Positions 20,138 to 30,763 of a stretch of DNA of 64,000 nt are shown here, piece by piece (within the stretch, counting starts at the first letter, position 1; each line of letters begins with the position of its first letter). The notes below the pieces were generated by a model that searched no databases, was not told the DNA's origin, and saw nothing but the letters and a program-made list of their open reading frames with translations. A program made the translations under genes and the position numbers. The stretch lies in assembly GCA_963704885.1 (NCBI GenBank), contig CAVPIB010000004.1, forward strand, positions 608,001 through 672,000, given 5' to 3'. The stretch comes from an uncultured Actinomycetes bacterium. GTDB lineage: Bacteria > Actinomycetota > UBA4738 > HRBIN12.

Positions 20138-21472
20138 CTACCTCGTTCGTTGACGTTCCAAGGCCTGGTCGATGACCCCGCCCAGCGCCGTGTCGAGGTC
20201 CATCTCGCCCTCGACCACGATCGCTCGGTTGTCCACGAACACGATCTCCGCCCCTCGAGCAAGAGCCCGCTCGCACGCCACGTCGACGGCGGCAGCCTTC
20301 AACTCGGTGAGGAGGACGTCGAACGCCTCGGCTCCCTCCATGTCCTCCGCCAGTCCGGCCCGATCGGCCAGCCTGGTGCTCCAACCCACGACGGTGCATC
20401 CGTTGGCGGCCTCGAGGTGAGCTGCCTGCCTCGATGCCACCTCGGCTGGCGCCGTGGTGGTTAGGAACACCCGCTCACCCTTCACGTCTGCCAGCGGTAC
20501 CGGGATGAAGTCGGTAAGGATCTGCCGCGGATCATCGAGGAAGCGGCGGACGTGAGAGCGAAGTGCGGAGAGATTCTCGTGCCCAGCGACTGGGCCGGTA
20601 GCCATGGTAACAACGACAAGGTCCGACAACAAGAGCCTGAAGGGACCAAGATATCCGCCCAGATACTCCGGCGGAGCATCCGCTGGCACGACCAGCACGC
20701 CTGCGTCCCACGGGATCGGGGGTACGGACGCGCCGCTTCCTTCCAGGATCACAAGATCGGCCCCCTCGGCGGCCACCGCGACCTGCGCCGCTTCGCGGAC
20801 GTTCGTGGCGAACGGGGCGCCCGCCAGGCCACCGCCCACCCGGCGCGCCCCGACGGTTGTCACCCCTGTCGTAAGCGCGTCCTCCAGGTAGTCAGACGCC
20901 GCGTGCTCTCCCTTGCGGACCCGCTCGAGCAGGTCGGCGAGATCCACTGAGCCGGCGGGCGCAACCTGAGGTTCCGCGGGGCCTCCGCGTCCCATGGCCA
21001 CGACGACGGGAGTGAACCCGCGCCGCGCGGCCGTCCTGGCCAGCTCGCCGGCGATCGCCGTCTTGCCGGTTCGCTTGCCCGTTCCGATCACTGCGATGGT
21101 TGGAAGCACGAGCGGCGGTCCCGTGATGGGTGGGTCCAACCGGAAGTCGGCTCCCAGATACGGCAGGCCCCGGACGAGCGCCACCGCCACCAGCTCCATC
21201 CGCTCTCGGTAACCAAGGACGGGTTCGTCCGACAGATCCAGAACCGCGTCAGGTCCGAACTCGTCGATCGCGTCGGCAAGCGCCGCCATCCGGTCGTCGC
21301 CCACCACTCGGGTGGGGACTCCGAGGTCCGGCACCGCCGTCGGGTCGATCTTCTCCGTGCCCCCCACGAACAACGCGCCGACGACGTCGTGACCTCGCTC
21401 GCGCGCAACCTCGATCCCCCACCGGGTAACAGGCGGGTAGTGCTCGCCGTCGACCAGGACGATCACCCGCAT
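20138..21472 (-). CDS. cpgS: Cyclic 2,3-diphosphoglycerate synthetase
   Basis: C-terminal 444 aa of track ORF 20138..22318: LVDGEHYPPV, GGTEK, DLSDEPVL, GTGKRTGKTA, MGRGGPAEP, HAASDYLEDA, GGGLAG, LEGSGA, TELKAAAVDV, all characteristic of the cDPG synthetase family. Confidence 0.88.
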   Translation of the reverse strand: MRVIVLVDGEHYPPVTRWGIEVARERGHDVVGALFVGGTEKIDPTAVPDLGVPTRVVGDDRMAALADAIDEFGPDAVLDLSDEPVLGYRERMELVAVALVRGLPYLGADFRLDPPITGPPLVLPTIAVIGTGKRTGKTAIAGELARTAARRGFTPVVVAMGRGGPAEPQVAPAGSVDLADLLERVRKGEHAASDYLEDALTTGVTTVGARRVGGGLAGAPFATNVREAAQVAVAAEGADLVILEGSGASVPPIPWDAGVLVVPADAPPEYLGGYLGPFRLLLSDLVVVTMATGPVAGHENLSALRSHVRRFLDDPRQILTDFIPVPLADVKGERVFLTTTAPAEVASRQAAHLEAANGCTVVGWSTRLADRAGLAEDMEGAEAFDVLLTELKAAAVDVACERALARGAEIVFVDNRAIVVEGEMDLDTALGGVIDQALERQRTR

Positions 21473-21528
21473 AGGATGAAAGAGACCTCCTCTCGGATCG
21501 TGGATGGAGCCGGTTGAACCGCCCTCGC

Positions 21529-22318
21529 CTAATCGCCGACAGGCGCGACGCGCTCCTGCACTGGGAGCTCGTGCTCCCGGTGGACGGGCCCGCCCGACAG
21601 CGAGAACCGCGCCATCACCTGCCCATCGCCGAACGGGAACTTCCGGTGGATCGTTACTTCGTCCCCGTCGAACTCGAGCACGTTGTAGCAGGGCTTGGTG
21701 TAGCCGCGCACCCGCAGGGAAGAGACCGTTCCGGCGTTCGCGACATACATGTCCTCCAGGCGCCAGACGTAAGGGACGTGCTTGTGACCTGATAGCACGA
21801 CCTGCACACCCGCGTGGATGAGGACCTCCAACAGGTCGCCTGCGTCCATGACCGTGCTCCGCTCGCGCCCGGTTCCGGGGATGGGCAGCAGATGATGGTG
21901 GAGCACGAACACCCTCAGTTCCGCAGGTTGCAGGAACTCGCGGGAGATCCACTCGTAGCGGCCCCGGCCGATCCTGCCCTCGTTCTGATCCGGCTCTGAG
22001 GAGTCCATGCCGACCACGCGGATGCCGTCGATGTCTACCGACCAGCTCCGCGGGCCGATCAGGTCCTCGAAGTGGAGGTAGCCCACGTTGCGGGAGTCGT
22101 GGTTCCCGGGAACCGTGTACAGCGGGAGCCTCGATCCGGTCCGCATAGGCCACCCAGCTCTTGTACTCCTGACGGAAGCCTTCGCTGGTGAGGTCGCCGC
22201 TCACGACGACCGCGTCGGGCTTCAGCTCGTTCACCTCTGAGATGACGCGGTTCATCAGGTTCGGGACGAAGTACGGCGAGCCGACGTGCGGATCGGAGAT
22301 ATGGGCGATCGTGACCAC
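21529..22318 (-). CDS. Calcineurin-like metallophosphoesterase (CpdA/Icc-like); apparent frameshift near 22125
   Basis: All five motifs present across two frames: HISDPH, SGDL, VPGNHD, LHHH, SGHKH. Confidence 0.88.
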
Positions 22319-22327
22319 GATGTCTTC

Positions 22328-22333
22328 AGTGTA
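22328..22333 (-). promoter_or_regulatory. Possible -10 element (TACACT) for the phosphoesterase-cpgS-pgk2-tal unit
   Basis: TAnnnT hexamer 9 nt before the GTG at 22318; no Shine-Dalgarno visible. Confidence 0.4.
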
Positions 22334-22345
22334 AGGGTCGGTGTC

Positions 22346-23200
22346 TCAGCCCTGGGTGATCTCGACCCCGGCGGGGGCCACGGCGAGCCTGAGGACGCTC
22401 CACCCATCACCGGGATCGGGAACAGTCGTGTCGTCCGATTCGAAGGCGAGCAGCGTAGGCCCGGCGCCCGAGAGGCAGACGGGCACGCCGGCCGCTCGCA
22501 GATCCATGAACACGCCCTCGACCGTTGGAACTAGAGCCAGGCGAACGTCCTGGTGCAGCCGATCGCGGAGCGTCTGCGTGAGCAACCCGGGCTCCGACGT
22601 GAGCGCCACCACGGTAGCCGCCGCGTGAGCCGAGTTGAACACCGCATCGGAGCGTGCGATCGGATCCCCCAGCGCGGCGCGCGCCTCGACCGTCGCGAGC
22701 CGGACGTCGGGTATCAAGGCCACCGGTCGGAGCGATGGATGCGCATCCAGGCGGATCACACCGTCTCCGAACGCGATCGTGAATCCACCGGCGATCGCCG
22801 CGGCCGCGTTGTCGGGATGGCCCTCCATCTCCACGGCGAGATCCAGGATCTCCTCAGGCTCCAGCCCCAGATCGAGCAATCGGTCGGCCAGGGAGATGCC
22901 CGCCACGCACGCGGCCGCCGACGAGCCGAGGCCGCGTTCGAGCGGGATGCGATTCACGCCGTGGAGCGCGACGGACGGGATCGGCGCCCCCCCGGCGCGC
23001 GCCGCGTGGGCGAGCGCCCTGCTCACCATGTCCGTGCCGTCCGAGGAGAGCTCGTCGGCACCCTCGCCCTCCCAGGTCACACCCGGTTCGGCTTCGGTGT
23101 CGAGGGTCACGTCGTTCCACAGGTCGAGGGCCAGGCCGAAGCAATCGAAGCCGGGTCCGAGGTTCGCGGAGGTCGCAGGGACCCGGGCGGTCAACCTCAC
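22346..23200 (-). CDS. thrB: Homoserine kinase
   Basis: VPATSANLGPGFD, IPLERGLGSSAAA, EGHPDN, LSGAGPT. Confidence 0.96.
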   Translation of the reverse strand: MRLTARVPATSANLGPGFDCFGLALDLWNDVTLDTEAEPGVTWEGEGADELSSDGTDMVSRALAHAARAGGAPIPSVALHGVNRIPLERGLGSSAAACVAGISLADRLLDLGLEPEEILDLAVEMEGHPDNAAAAIAGGFTIAFGDGVIRLDAHPSLRPVALIPDVRLATVEARAALGDPIARSDAVFNSAHAAATVVALTSEPGLLTQTLRDRLHQDVRLALVPTVEGVFMDLRAAGVPVCLSGAGPTLLAFESDDTTVPDPGDGWSVLRLAVAPAGVEITQG

Positions 23201-23204
23201 GGCA

Positions 23205-24311
23205 TCAGAGTCCGAGCTCGGCGGCCACGGCCGTGGGATCCGTCGGCACCACGGCGGGGTGCGCCGCACCGGCGATCGCCCACTCCGGGTCCTTCAGACC
23301 GTGGCCGGTGAGCACGCACACGACCGTCGCGCCCTTGGGGAGCACGCCGTCGGCGTGCAGATGCAAGAGGCCAGCGATGCTCGCTGCGCTCGCCGGTTCT
23401 GCGAACAGCCCCTCCCTCGCGACGCGCCGATAGGCGGCCAGGATCTCGCGGTCGGTCACCGCCAGGATCTGCCCCTCCGACTCCGTCGCGGCCGCGACGG
23501 CCTTGTCCCACGACGCCGGGTTCCCGATCCGTATCGCTGTCGCGATCGTCTGCGGATCCTTCACCGGCGCGCCTTCCACGATCGGAGCTGCCCCTTTCGC
23601 TTGGAACCCGAAGAGCTGTGGCGGCTCGGCTATCAGTCCGTCCGCCAGGTACTCCGAATAGCCGAGCCAGTGGCTGGAGATATTGCCGGCGTTCCCGACG
23701 GGCACGCAATGGATGTCGGGCGCGCGTCCGAGCGCGTCACAGATCTCGAACGCGGCGGTCTTCTGTCCCTGCAGCCGGAACGGATTCACGGAGTTCACGA
23801 GCGTGACCGGATAGCGGTCCGCCATCTCCTGCGCCAGCTCGAGCGCCGCGTCGAAGTTGCCCTCCACCTCCAAGACCCGAGCGCCGTGCACGAGCGTCTG
23901 AGCCATCTTCCCGAGGGCGATCTTGCCCTTCGGCACCAAGACGGCGCATGTGATCCCGGCCTTGGCGGCGTACGCGGCGGCGCTCGCGGACGTGTTGCCC
24001 GTGGACGCACAGACCACGGCCTTGGCGCCCTCCTCCATCGCCTTGCTGATCGCGAGCGTCATCCCGCGATCCTTGAACGAGCCCGTGGGGTTGGCGCCGT
24101 CGTACTTCAGCCACACATCGCAGCCGGTCTCTTCTGACAACGGCTCCGAGCGGACTAGCGGCGTGCCGCCCTCGCGCAGCGTGATCACAGGTGTGTCGTC
24201 GGACACGGGGAGACGAGAGCGGTACTCCTCGATCAGGCCTCGCCACTGATGAGCGCCGCCACTAGTCTGATGCAGACTAGTGGCCTCAGACATGCCGTCG
24301 CCGACACTCAC
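23205..24311 (-). CDS. thrC: Threonine synthase
   Basis: [33 protein letters not shown]; start may be the ATG at 24293. Confidence 0.96.
   Translation of the reverse strand: MSVGDGMSEATSLHQTSGGAHQWRGLIEEYRSRLPVSDDTPVITLREGGTPLVRSEPLSEETGCDVWLKYDGANPTGSFKDRGMTLAISKAMEEGAKAVVCASTGNTSASAAAYAAKAGITCAVLVPKGKIALGKMAQTLVHGARVLEVEGNFDAALELAQEMADRYPVTLVNSVNPFRLQGQKTAAFEICDALGRAPDIHCVPVGNAGNISSHWLGYSEYLADGLIAEPPQLFGFQAKGAAPIVEGAPVKDPQTIATAIRIGNPASWDKAVAAATESEGQILAVTDREILAAYRRVAREGLFAEPASAASIAGLLHLHADGVLPKGATVVCVLTGHGLKDPEWAIAGAAHPAVVPTDPTAVAAELGL
24258..24284. repeat. Palindrome copy 1 of CTAGTC-N7-GACTAG (12-bp stem, 3-nt loop), inside the thrC 5' end
   Basis: GCCACTAGTCTG-ATG-CAGACTAGTGGC. Confidence 0.8.
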
Positions 24312-25597
24312 TCCTCACCCTCCACCCGCAGGACACTCGCCACCGCCCGCACGGCCGGGAGATCTCGGAGCTCCGCCAGGGTCTTCTGGAAGGCTCCCTC
24401 CTGCGCGCGATGCGTGATGAACACCAACGTGGCTTCGTCGGCGAACCCCTCCTGCCACACTCGTTCGATGGACACGTCGTTGTGTGCGAAGTGCTCCGCC
24501 ACCTCGGCGAGAACACCAGGTCTGTCCTCCACGTGCAGGTTCAGGTAGTACTGCCCGCGGGTGTCGTCCATGGGGCGTATCCGGCGCTCGTAGACGCAGG
24601 TGCAGCCGATCCCTCTGGTACCGGCGACGCGGTTGCGAGCGGCGTTCGCCAGATCGCCCACCACAGCGGTGGCGGTAGGATCGCCGCCCGCCCCCTTGCC
24701 GTAGAACATGAGCTGCCCGACCTTCTGGCCCTCAAGGAACACGGCGTTGTACGCATCGCTCACCGATGCCAGCGGATGGGTGACGGGCACCATGGCGGGA
24801 TGCACTCGAGCTGAGACCTCCCCATCCTCCAGCTCGGCGATCGCCAGGAGTTTCACCGCATACCCGAGACGCTTCGCGTCGGCGATGTCCTGCGCCTGGA
24901 TCCCCGTTATGCCCTCGCGGTAGACGTCGCCGGCGACGACTCGAGTATTGAAGACGATCGAGGCCAAGATGGCGCACTTGGCGGCGGCATCGAACCCCTC
25001 GACGTCGGCTGTCGGGTCCGCCTCCGCATAGCCCAGCCGTTGCGCCTCCGCAAGCGCGTCTTGGAACGACCATCCGTGCTCGGACATCTGCGTAAGGATG
25101 TAGTTGGTCGTTCCGTTCACGATCCCGAGGAGCCGGGATACGCGCTCCCCCACAAGGGATTCCTTGAGCGGACGGATCAACGGGATGCCGCCCGCGACCG
25201 CGGCTTCGAACGACAGGTCTACCCCGGCGGCGTCGGCCGCGTCGAACAGTTCCTTGCCGGAGTTCGCCAGGAGTTCCTTGTTCGCGGTGACGACGGCCTT
25301 GCCACGCTCGAAGGCTCGCATGATCAGCGAGCGCGCCGGCTCCATACCGCCGAGCAGTTCGCAGACGATGTCGATCTCGGGGTCGTCGATGATCGAGACG
25401 CCATCGACGGTGAAGACCCCAGCGGGAAGCGGGACACCGCGATCGCGCTCGAGATCGCGGACCGCCACCCGAGTCACCTCCAGGCGGCAGCCGGTCCGAA
25501 GCGCGATGTCGTCGCCGTGCTCATGCACCATGCGGACCACGGCGGCCCCGACGGTGCCGCAGCCGAGGAGGCCGACACGCACGGTCTGCTCGGTCAT
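24308..25597 (-). CDS. hom: Homoserine dehydrogenase with C-terminal ACT domain
   Basis: [45 protein letters not shown]. Confidence 0.96.
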   Translation of the reverse strand: MTEQTVRVGLLGCGTVGAAVVRMVHEHGDDIALRTGCRLEVTRVAVRDLERDRGVPLPAGVFTVDGVSIIDDPEIDIVCELLGGMEPARSLIMRAFERGKAVVTANKELLANSGKELFDAADAAGVDLSFEAAVAGGIPLIRPLKESLVGERVSRLLGIVNGTTNYILTQMSEHGWSFQDALAEAQRLGYAEADPTADVEGFDAAAKCAILASIVFNTRVVAGDVYREGITGIQAQDIADAKRLGYAVKLLAIAELEDGEVSARVHPAMVPVTHPLASVSDAYNAVFLEGQKVGQLMFYGKGAGGDPTATAVVGDLANAARNRVAGTRGIGCTCVYERRIRPMDDTRGQYYLNLHVEDRPGVLAEVAEHFAHNDVSIERVWQEGFADEATLVFITHRAQEGAFQKTLAELRDLPAVRAVASVLRVEGEE

Positions 25598-27466
25598 GCT
25601 CCTCGATCCTCTCCGATCCACACCGACATCAAGATCTCGTCCTCGTAGCCGGAGGACTTCCGGGAGTGTCCCATGAGCCGTCCTTCCTCCACGAACCCGA
25701 AGCGCCGATATAACGCGATCGCCGCGTGGTTGTGCGGGTACACCGAGAGCATGATCTTCTCGACGCCCACGCTGCGCGCCCATCGCAACGCCTCGCCCAT
25801 CAGCGCCGCGCCTATACCGCGGCCTCGATGATCGGCCGCCACGGCGATCCCCAGCGTCGCGACGTGCCGCGTCACTGGATGGACCTCCCGTTGGACGAAC
25901 ACGTGGCCGACCACGCGCCCGCCGTCGAGCCCTACCACCTGCGCTTCGCGATCGGTCCAGGAGGCGCGGAATCGCGTCCGATACACCCGTGCGGGTGTGT
26001 TGGCCTCCTCCGTCCTGACGTAGCCGCCCTCGGCGACGATCTCACGCCAGAACGACTGGAACGGGCGGGCGTCGCGAGAACGCGCGGGCCTGAACACGAT
26101 CCCGTCCGGCTTCGCCGGAGGCTCATGCCGGGCCGAGGTCGCCTCCAGCCGATCGAGGTCTCCCGCGTCCTCGCGCCTGAGCCAAAGCGTGGGTCGGGCG
26201 TCTTCGACCGCGACCACCGCGGGCCGGCCTATACGGTTGTAGGCGCTGGCCAGCGGATACGTGTAGGCGCCCGTCGCCGCGAACGCGAGCAGGTCACCCG
26301 GCTGCACGTCGCCCGGGAGCGCCACGGCTTCGGCAAGCACGTCGCCGGATTCGCAATGGCGTCCCACGATGGTGAGATCCCTCTCGTCGGCCGCGCTCGC
26401 CCGGTTGGCGAGCGCCACGGTGTACCGCGCGTCGTAGAGCATGGGGCGGATGTTGTCCGACATCCCCCCGTCCACGGCGATCGCCGTACGGCCGTCGCCC
26501 AACACCCTGCGATCGCCCACCCGGTAGAGCGTGACACCTGCGTTGCCCACGATGCTCCTACCCGGCTCCGCGGCCACTTGCGGAACAGGGAGGCCGAGAT
26601 CGGAGCACCGGCGCATGATCCGCTCCATGACCGCCTCCGCCGTAGCCCCCACGCCGGGGATGCGCTCGTCGGTGTAGGTGATGCCGAAACCGCCGCCGAT
26701 ATCCACCAGCTCGGTATCGAGGCCGTGACGCCGACGGAGGTCGGCGGCCAGTGCGATCAGCACATCCACCTCCTGTAGGAACGGACCGACGTCCGGCACC
26801 TGCGAACCGATGTGAGCATGCAGGCCCACGAAACGGACGTGCGGGAGATCGGCGACCCGCGCTGCCGCCTCCCGAACCTCGAAGGTGGATGCTCCGAAGG
26901 CGGTCGCCTCGTGCCCGGTGGCGATGGACTCGTGAGTGTCGACGCCTACACCCGGGTTCACACGAAGGATGAAGGGCTGCACGACGCCAGCCGCAGCCGC
27001 GACGCGATCGAGGCGCAAGAGTTCGTCCAGGCCATCCGCGATCAGCGTTCCGATCCCCGATCGGACGGCGAGCTCCAACTCCTCGTCGGTCTTGTTCCGG
27101 CCGTGCAGGGCGATACGGGCGGCTGGCACACCTGCACGCAGGCACGCCTCCACTTCGCCGCCGCTCGCGGCCAGCAGGTCGAGCCCCTCGTCGGAAGCCA
27201 GGCGCAGGATCGCATGAGAGGTGAACGCCTTGACGGCATAGAACGTGCGAGGAAAGGCGAGGCGCGCGGCCCGGAGCCTGGAGACCAGGTCCGCCCGGTC
27301 GAACACGAGGAGCGGGGTCCCGTACCTGCCGGCCAGCTCGTCGGCCGGCAGGCCGCCGATCCACAGCCCCTGGGTGTCGAACGTCGCGTTGGCTGACCAA
27401 GGCGTCGGGAGTGCCGGCCGACGGAGCGGAGATCGCCGTCGCCGAAGGGGCCGCGGGCTCAACCAT
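25594..27466 (-). CDS. lysA: Diaminopimelate decarboxylase fused in frame to a C-terminal GNAT acetyltransferase; apparent frameshift near the 5' end (~27410)
   Basis: YGTPL, FYAVKAF (PLP Lys), HAHIGSQ, DIGGGFG, EPGRS, HCESGD, then LGIAVAADHRGRGIG...NHAAIALYRRFGF with no intervening stop. Confidence 0.9.
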
Positions 27467-29133
27467 CGTCGCGCTCCATCGAGTCGGGGGCTGAGACGCC
27501 GAGCAGGCCGAGGAGGTTCGCCAGGATCTGCTTCGTGCCGGCGCAGAGCCAAAGACGTGCCTGGGTAAGCCCTTCGTCGTCGGATACGACGCGACACTCG
27601 CTGTAGAAGCGGTGGAACCTGGCGGCCAGGCTCTGGGACGCGTGCGTGAGCCGGTGGGGTCCGCGCTGCTCGGCCGCGAGCATCAGCTGGCCGGGTACGT
27701 CGGCGAGCGCGCGGAGCAGATCGAGTTCGGCCGGGTGTGCGAGCAGGCTCAGGTCTACGTCGGCGAGCGGCTTCAGCGCGAGACCCTGAGCCTCGGCTCT
27801 GCGCAGGATCGACGCGATCCGCGCGTGCCCGTACTGCACGTAGTAGACCGGGTTCTCCATGGTCTGCTGCTTCACCAGCTCGATGTCGAAGTTGAGCGCG
27901 GAGTCGTTCGAGTACTGGAGCAGGGTGAAGCGAGCCGCATCGGTGCCCACCTCGTCGATCAGCTGATCCAGCGTTATGAACTCGCCGGCGCGCGTGCTCA
28001 TCTTCACCGGCTCGCCGTCACGTAGGAACGCCACGAACTGATAGAGAACGATCTCGACGCTCGCCGGATCGAAGCCGAGTGCCTGCGCGGCGCCCTTCAC
28101 TCGGGCCACCGTGCCGAAATGATCTGCGCCCCAGACATAGATCACGTGGTCGAACCCGCGCGAGAACTTGTCGACGAGGTACGCGCAATCCGCACCGAAG
28201 TACGTGTGCACTCCGTTCGAGCGGACCACCACGCGGTCCTTGTCATCCCCGTAGTCCGTCGACCTGAACCATTCGGCGCCCTCGGCCTCGTATACATATC
28301 CGGCGTCGCGCAGGCGTCGGATGGCCTCTTGGATCTCGCCCGCGTCGGCCAGGTCGCGTTCGGACCGGTAGACATCGAAGAGGACTCCGAACCGCTCGAG
28401 CGTGGCCTTGATCCCCTCGAGGATGCGAGCGGCTCCTTCATCGCGCAGCCGTCGCCAACCGCTCGGCCTCGGGTAGGTCGGCCAGGCCAGCGCCCTCGGT
28501 CCGCAAGATGTCGCGCGCGATGTCTGAGATGTAGTCCCCGCGGTAGCCGTCCTCCGGGAACTCCGCATCGCGGCCGAGCTCCTGGAGGAACCGCGCCTGG
28601 ACCGATGCACCGAACCGGTCCATCTGTCCCCCGGCGTCGTTGAAGTAGTACTCGCGTTCTACCGTCCATCCGGCATGTTCCAGGAGCCGCGCGAGCGCGT
28701 CGCCGATCGCCGCGTTTCGCGCGTGGCCGATGGTGAGGGGTCCCGTCGGGTTGGAGCTCACGAACTCGACCTGCATGCGCCTGCCGTTGGGCGCGGCGCG
28801 GCCGTAGGCCGCGCCGCGGGCCACAACCTCACGCATGGCTTCGTGAAGCCAAGCGTTCGTCAAGAAGAAGTTCAGGAACCCCGGACCGGCGATCTCGACC
28901 CGCTCCAGGAATGGCGCCTCGGGAAGCGCGGCCAGGACGGCCTCCGCGACATCTCGCGGCTGGCGGCTCGCCCGCGCGGCCATGGCGAGAGCCACGTTCG
29001 AAGAGAAGTCGCCGTGGACCTTCTGTTTGGGAACCGATAGCTCTGGCCGCGGCAGCTCGCCCTCGATCCCCAGGCCGGGAGCAGCCGCCTCGAGCGCGGA
29101 GCGGATCAGCTCGAGGAGCTGCTCCTCGATCAC
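27459..29133 (-). CDS. argS: Arginine--tRNA ligase; apparent frameshift near 28440
   Basis: HGDFSSN, VEFVSSNPTGPLTIGHAR, GADH, KMSTRAG, ENPVYYVQYGHARI split across ORFs 28438..29133 and 27459..28610. Confidence 0.95.
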
Positions 29134-29541
29134 CGTGCCTCGCGTTCTCCGACCCGCCGGCGTACCAGGGCGACCAGATCGACCGGCTCGAATGGTTTGG
29201 CGATGAAGTCGATCTCACCCAGATCGTGGGCCTCGGCCTGCTGATCCTCGGGTGACCGAGCCGTGAGGAACACGACCGGGACATCTCTTGAGGTTCGGGA
29301 TCGCCCGCATCTGGCGTGCCACCTCGAACCCACCGAGACCCGGCAGCATCACATCGAGCACGATCGCATCGGGCGGGACGGCGCGCGCGCGCTCAAGGGC
29401 CGCATCCCCCCGAGATGCGATCCCCACCTTGAATCCGTCGAGGCGGAAGTTCACCTCCAGCAACCGAGTGATCACCGGGTCGTCATCGACCAGGAGGACG
29501 ACGGGAGGGCGCTCCTCGGACGGTTCGTTCGCTTCCGACAT
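29130..29541 (-). CDS. Single-domain response regulator (receiver only); apparent frameshift near 29285
   Basis: LLVDDD, PDAIVLDVMLPGLGG, then VPVVFLTA and FIAKPF in the next frame; stop overlaps the argS GTG. Confidence 0.82.
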
Positions 29542-29623
29542 ACCGGGAGGATAGCTGCACGAGCGCCGCGGGCCGTGAGGAGGGGGCGCGACCACCGGTA
29601 GACTCGGTGACCGGGCGACCCGC

Positions 29624-29695
<72 letters not shown>

Positions 29696-29904
29696 CCGAT
29701 CCATATACGGGGGTCCAAGAAGCGGTGTGCGGAAGAGGGGCTGGATGTGGCCAGGCCCCCTCGAGCACCGACGAGGACAGGTTCGACCGGATCTGCCAGA
29801 TGCGCGATGAAAGGGTGGTTGCGCGAAGAACGCTTTGACCGTCCGGCGCTAATGGCCGAGTATGCAAACGCTTGACGGGCGATCCGGTTACGTAGCATCT
29901 GTCG

Positions 29905-30531
29905 GTGGACAGAAACACCCGAGAGCTCTGGGCGAAGCAAGACCAACATGAGGGCGACCGCTGGAGGCTCTTCACGGCGGTCGCCGAAGCGATCGACGCC
30001 GACAAGGTCCTGTACCCGGGCTGCTTCGTCGATATCGCTCCGTCATTCATCTTCCGGTCGGTCACCTATGTCGAGATCGATCACCGGGCCACCGAGTTCT
30101 TCGCCGACGAGGAAGGCGTGCGGCAGATCATCTCGTCGCACCCAGGCGCTCCAGCTGACCCGGAGCCCCTGTTCATCCAGGGCGACTACACCCAGAACCT
30201 CGGACTGCCCTGCCAGGCCTTCGACCTGTTGGTGTCGCTGTATGCCGGGTTCGTGTCCGAGCACTGCACAAGCTATCTACGGGTGGGAGGAGCATTGTTG
30301 GTCAATCCCAGCCACGGCGACGCCGCCATGGCCTCGATCGATCCCTCCTACCAGCTCACCGGCGTGGTGTTGTCCAGGTCGGGCGCGTATCGCGTGAGCA
30401 CTGCGAAACTGGATACGTACCTCGTGGCGAAGGATCCCGCGGAGGTCACCAAGGAGCGCCTGCACGAGACGGGAAGAGGGATCGCGTACACGAAGTCGCC
30501 ATACGCGTATCTCTTCGAGCGCGTCCGGTAG
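29905..30531 (+). CDS. Hypothetical protein, possibly class I SAM-dependent methyltransferase fold
   Basis: Protein-like composition; VLYPG, VTYVEID, FIQGDY, FDLLVS and LRVGG spaced like Rossmann MTase strands, but no canonical GxGxG. Confidence 0.6.
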   Translation: MDRNTRELWAKQDQHEGDRWRLFTAVAEAIDADKVLYPGCFVDIAPSFIFRSVTYVEIDHRATEFFADEEGVRQIISSHPGAPADPEPLFIQGDYTQNLGLPCQAFDLLVSLYAGFVSEHCTSYLRVGGALLVNPSHGDAAMASIDPSYQLTGVVLSRSGAYRVSTAKLDTYLVAKDPAEVTKERLHETGRGIAYTKSPYAYLFERVR

Positions 30532-30599
30532 CTCGCTGGGAACCAGGACGCTCCCAGTGCGCTCGAGCGGACTCCACTCCTTCCACCGAGCGTCGGGTT

Positions 30600-30738
30600 C
30601 AGGGCTTTGCGTCTGAGCTCCGGTGGATACCTGCTTAGCATGCCGCCCTCTCCGGGAGTCACGGGCATGGGGATCCGAGCGAACCGACTCCCCGAAGTGG
30701 GGGTACATCAGAGCCTCCAGGAAACCCGGGACCGTTCA
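30600..30738 (-). mobile_element. IS3-family insertion sequence remnant (left end plus truncated orfA)
   Basis: Minus strand begins TGAACGGTCCCGGGTTTCCTGGAGGCTC, resembling actinobacterial IS3 left IRs; then GGAG and ATG at 30641 giving MLSRYPPELRRKAL, like an IS3 OrfA start, after which similarity ends. Confidence 0.6.
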
Positions 30739-30763
30739 CTTGTTGTGAAATGCTGAGGGCACC

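Noticed and set aside
20138-22318. 726-aa phosphoesterase-CpgS fusion in the ORF track
   Set aside because: Artefact of the indel near 22125: the middle section is out-of-frame nonsense, the real phosphoesterase stops at 21529 and cpgS has its own GAGG/ATG at 21472.
27459-29133. argS (and other split genes) as pseudogenes or programmed frameshifts
   Set aside because: Essential gene, intact motifs on both sides, no slippery sequence seen, and similar single indels are scattered through the window; sequencing error is simpler.
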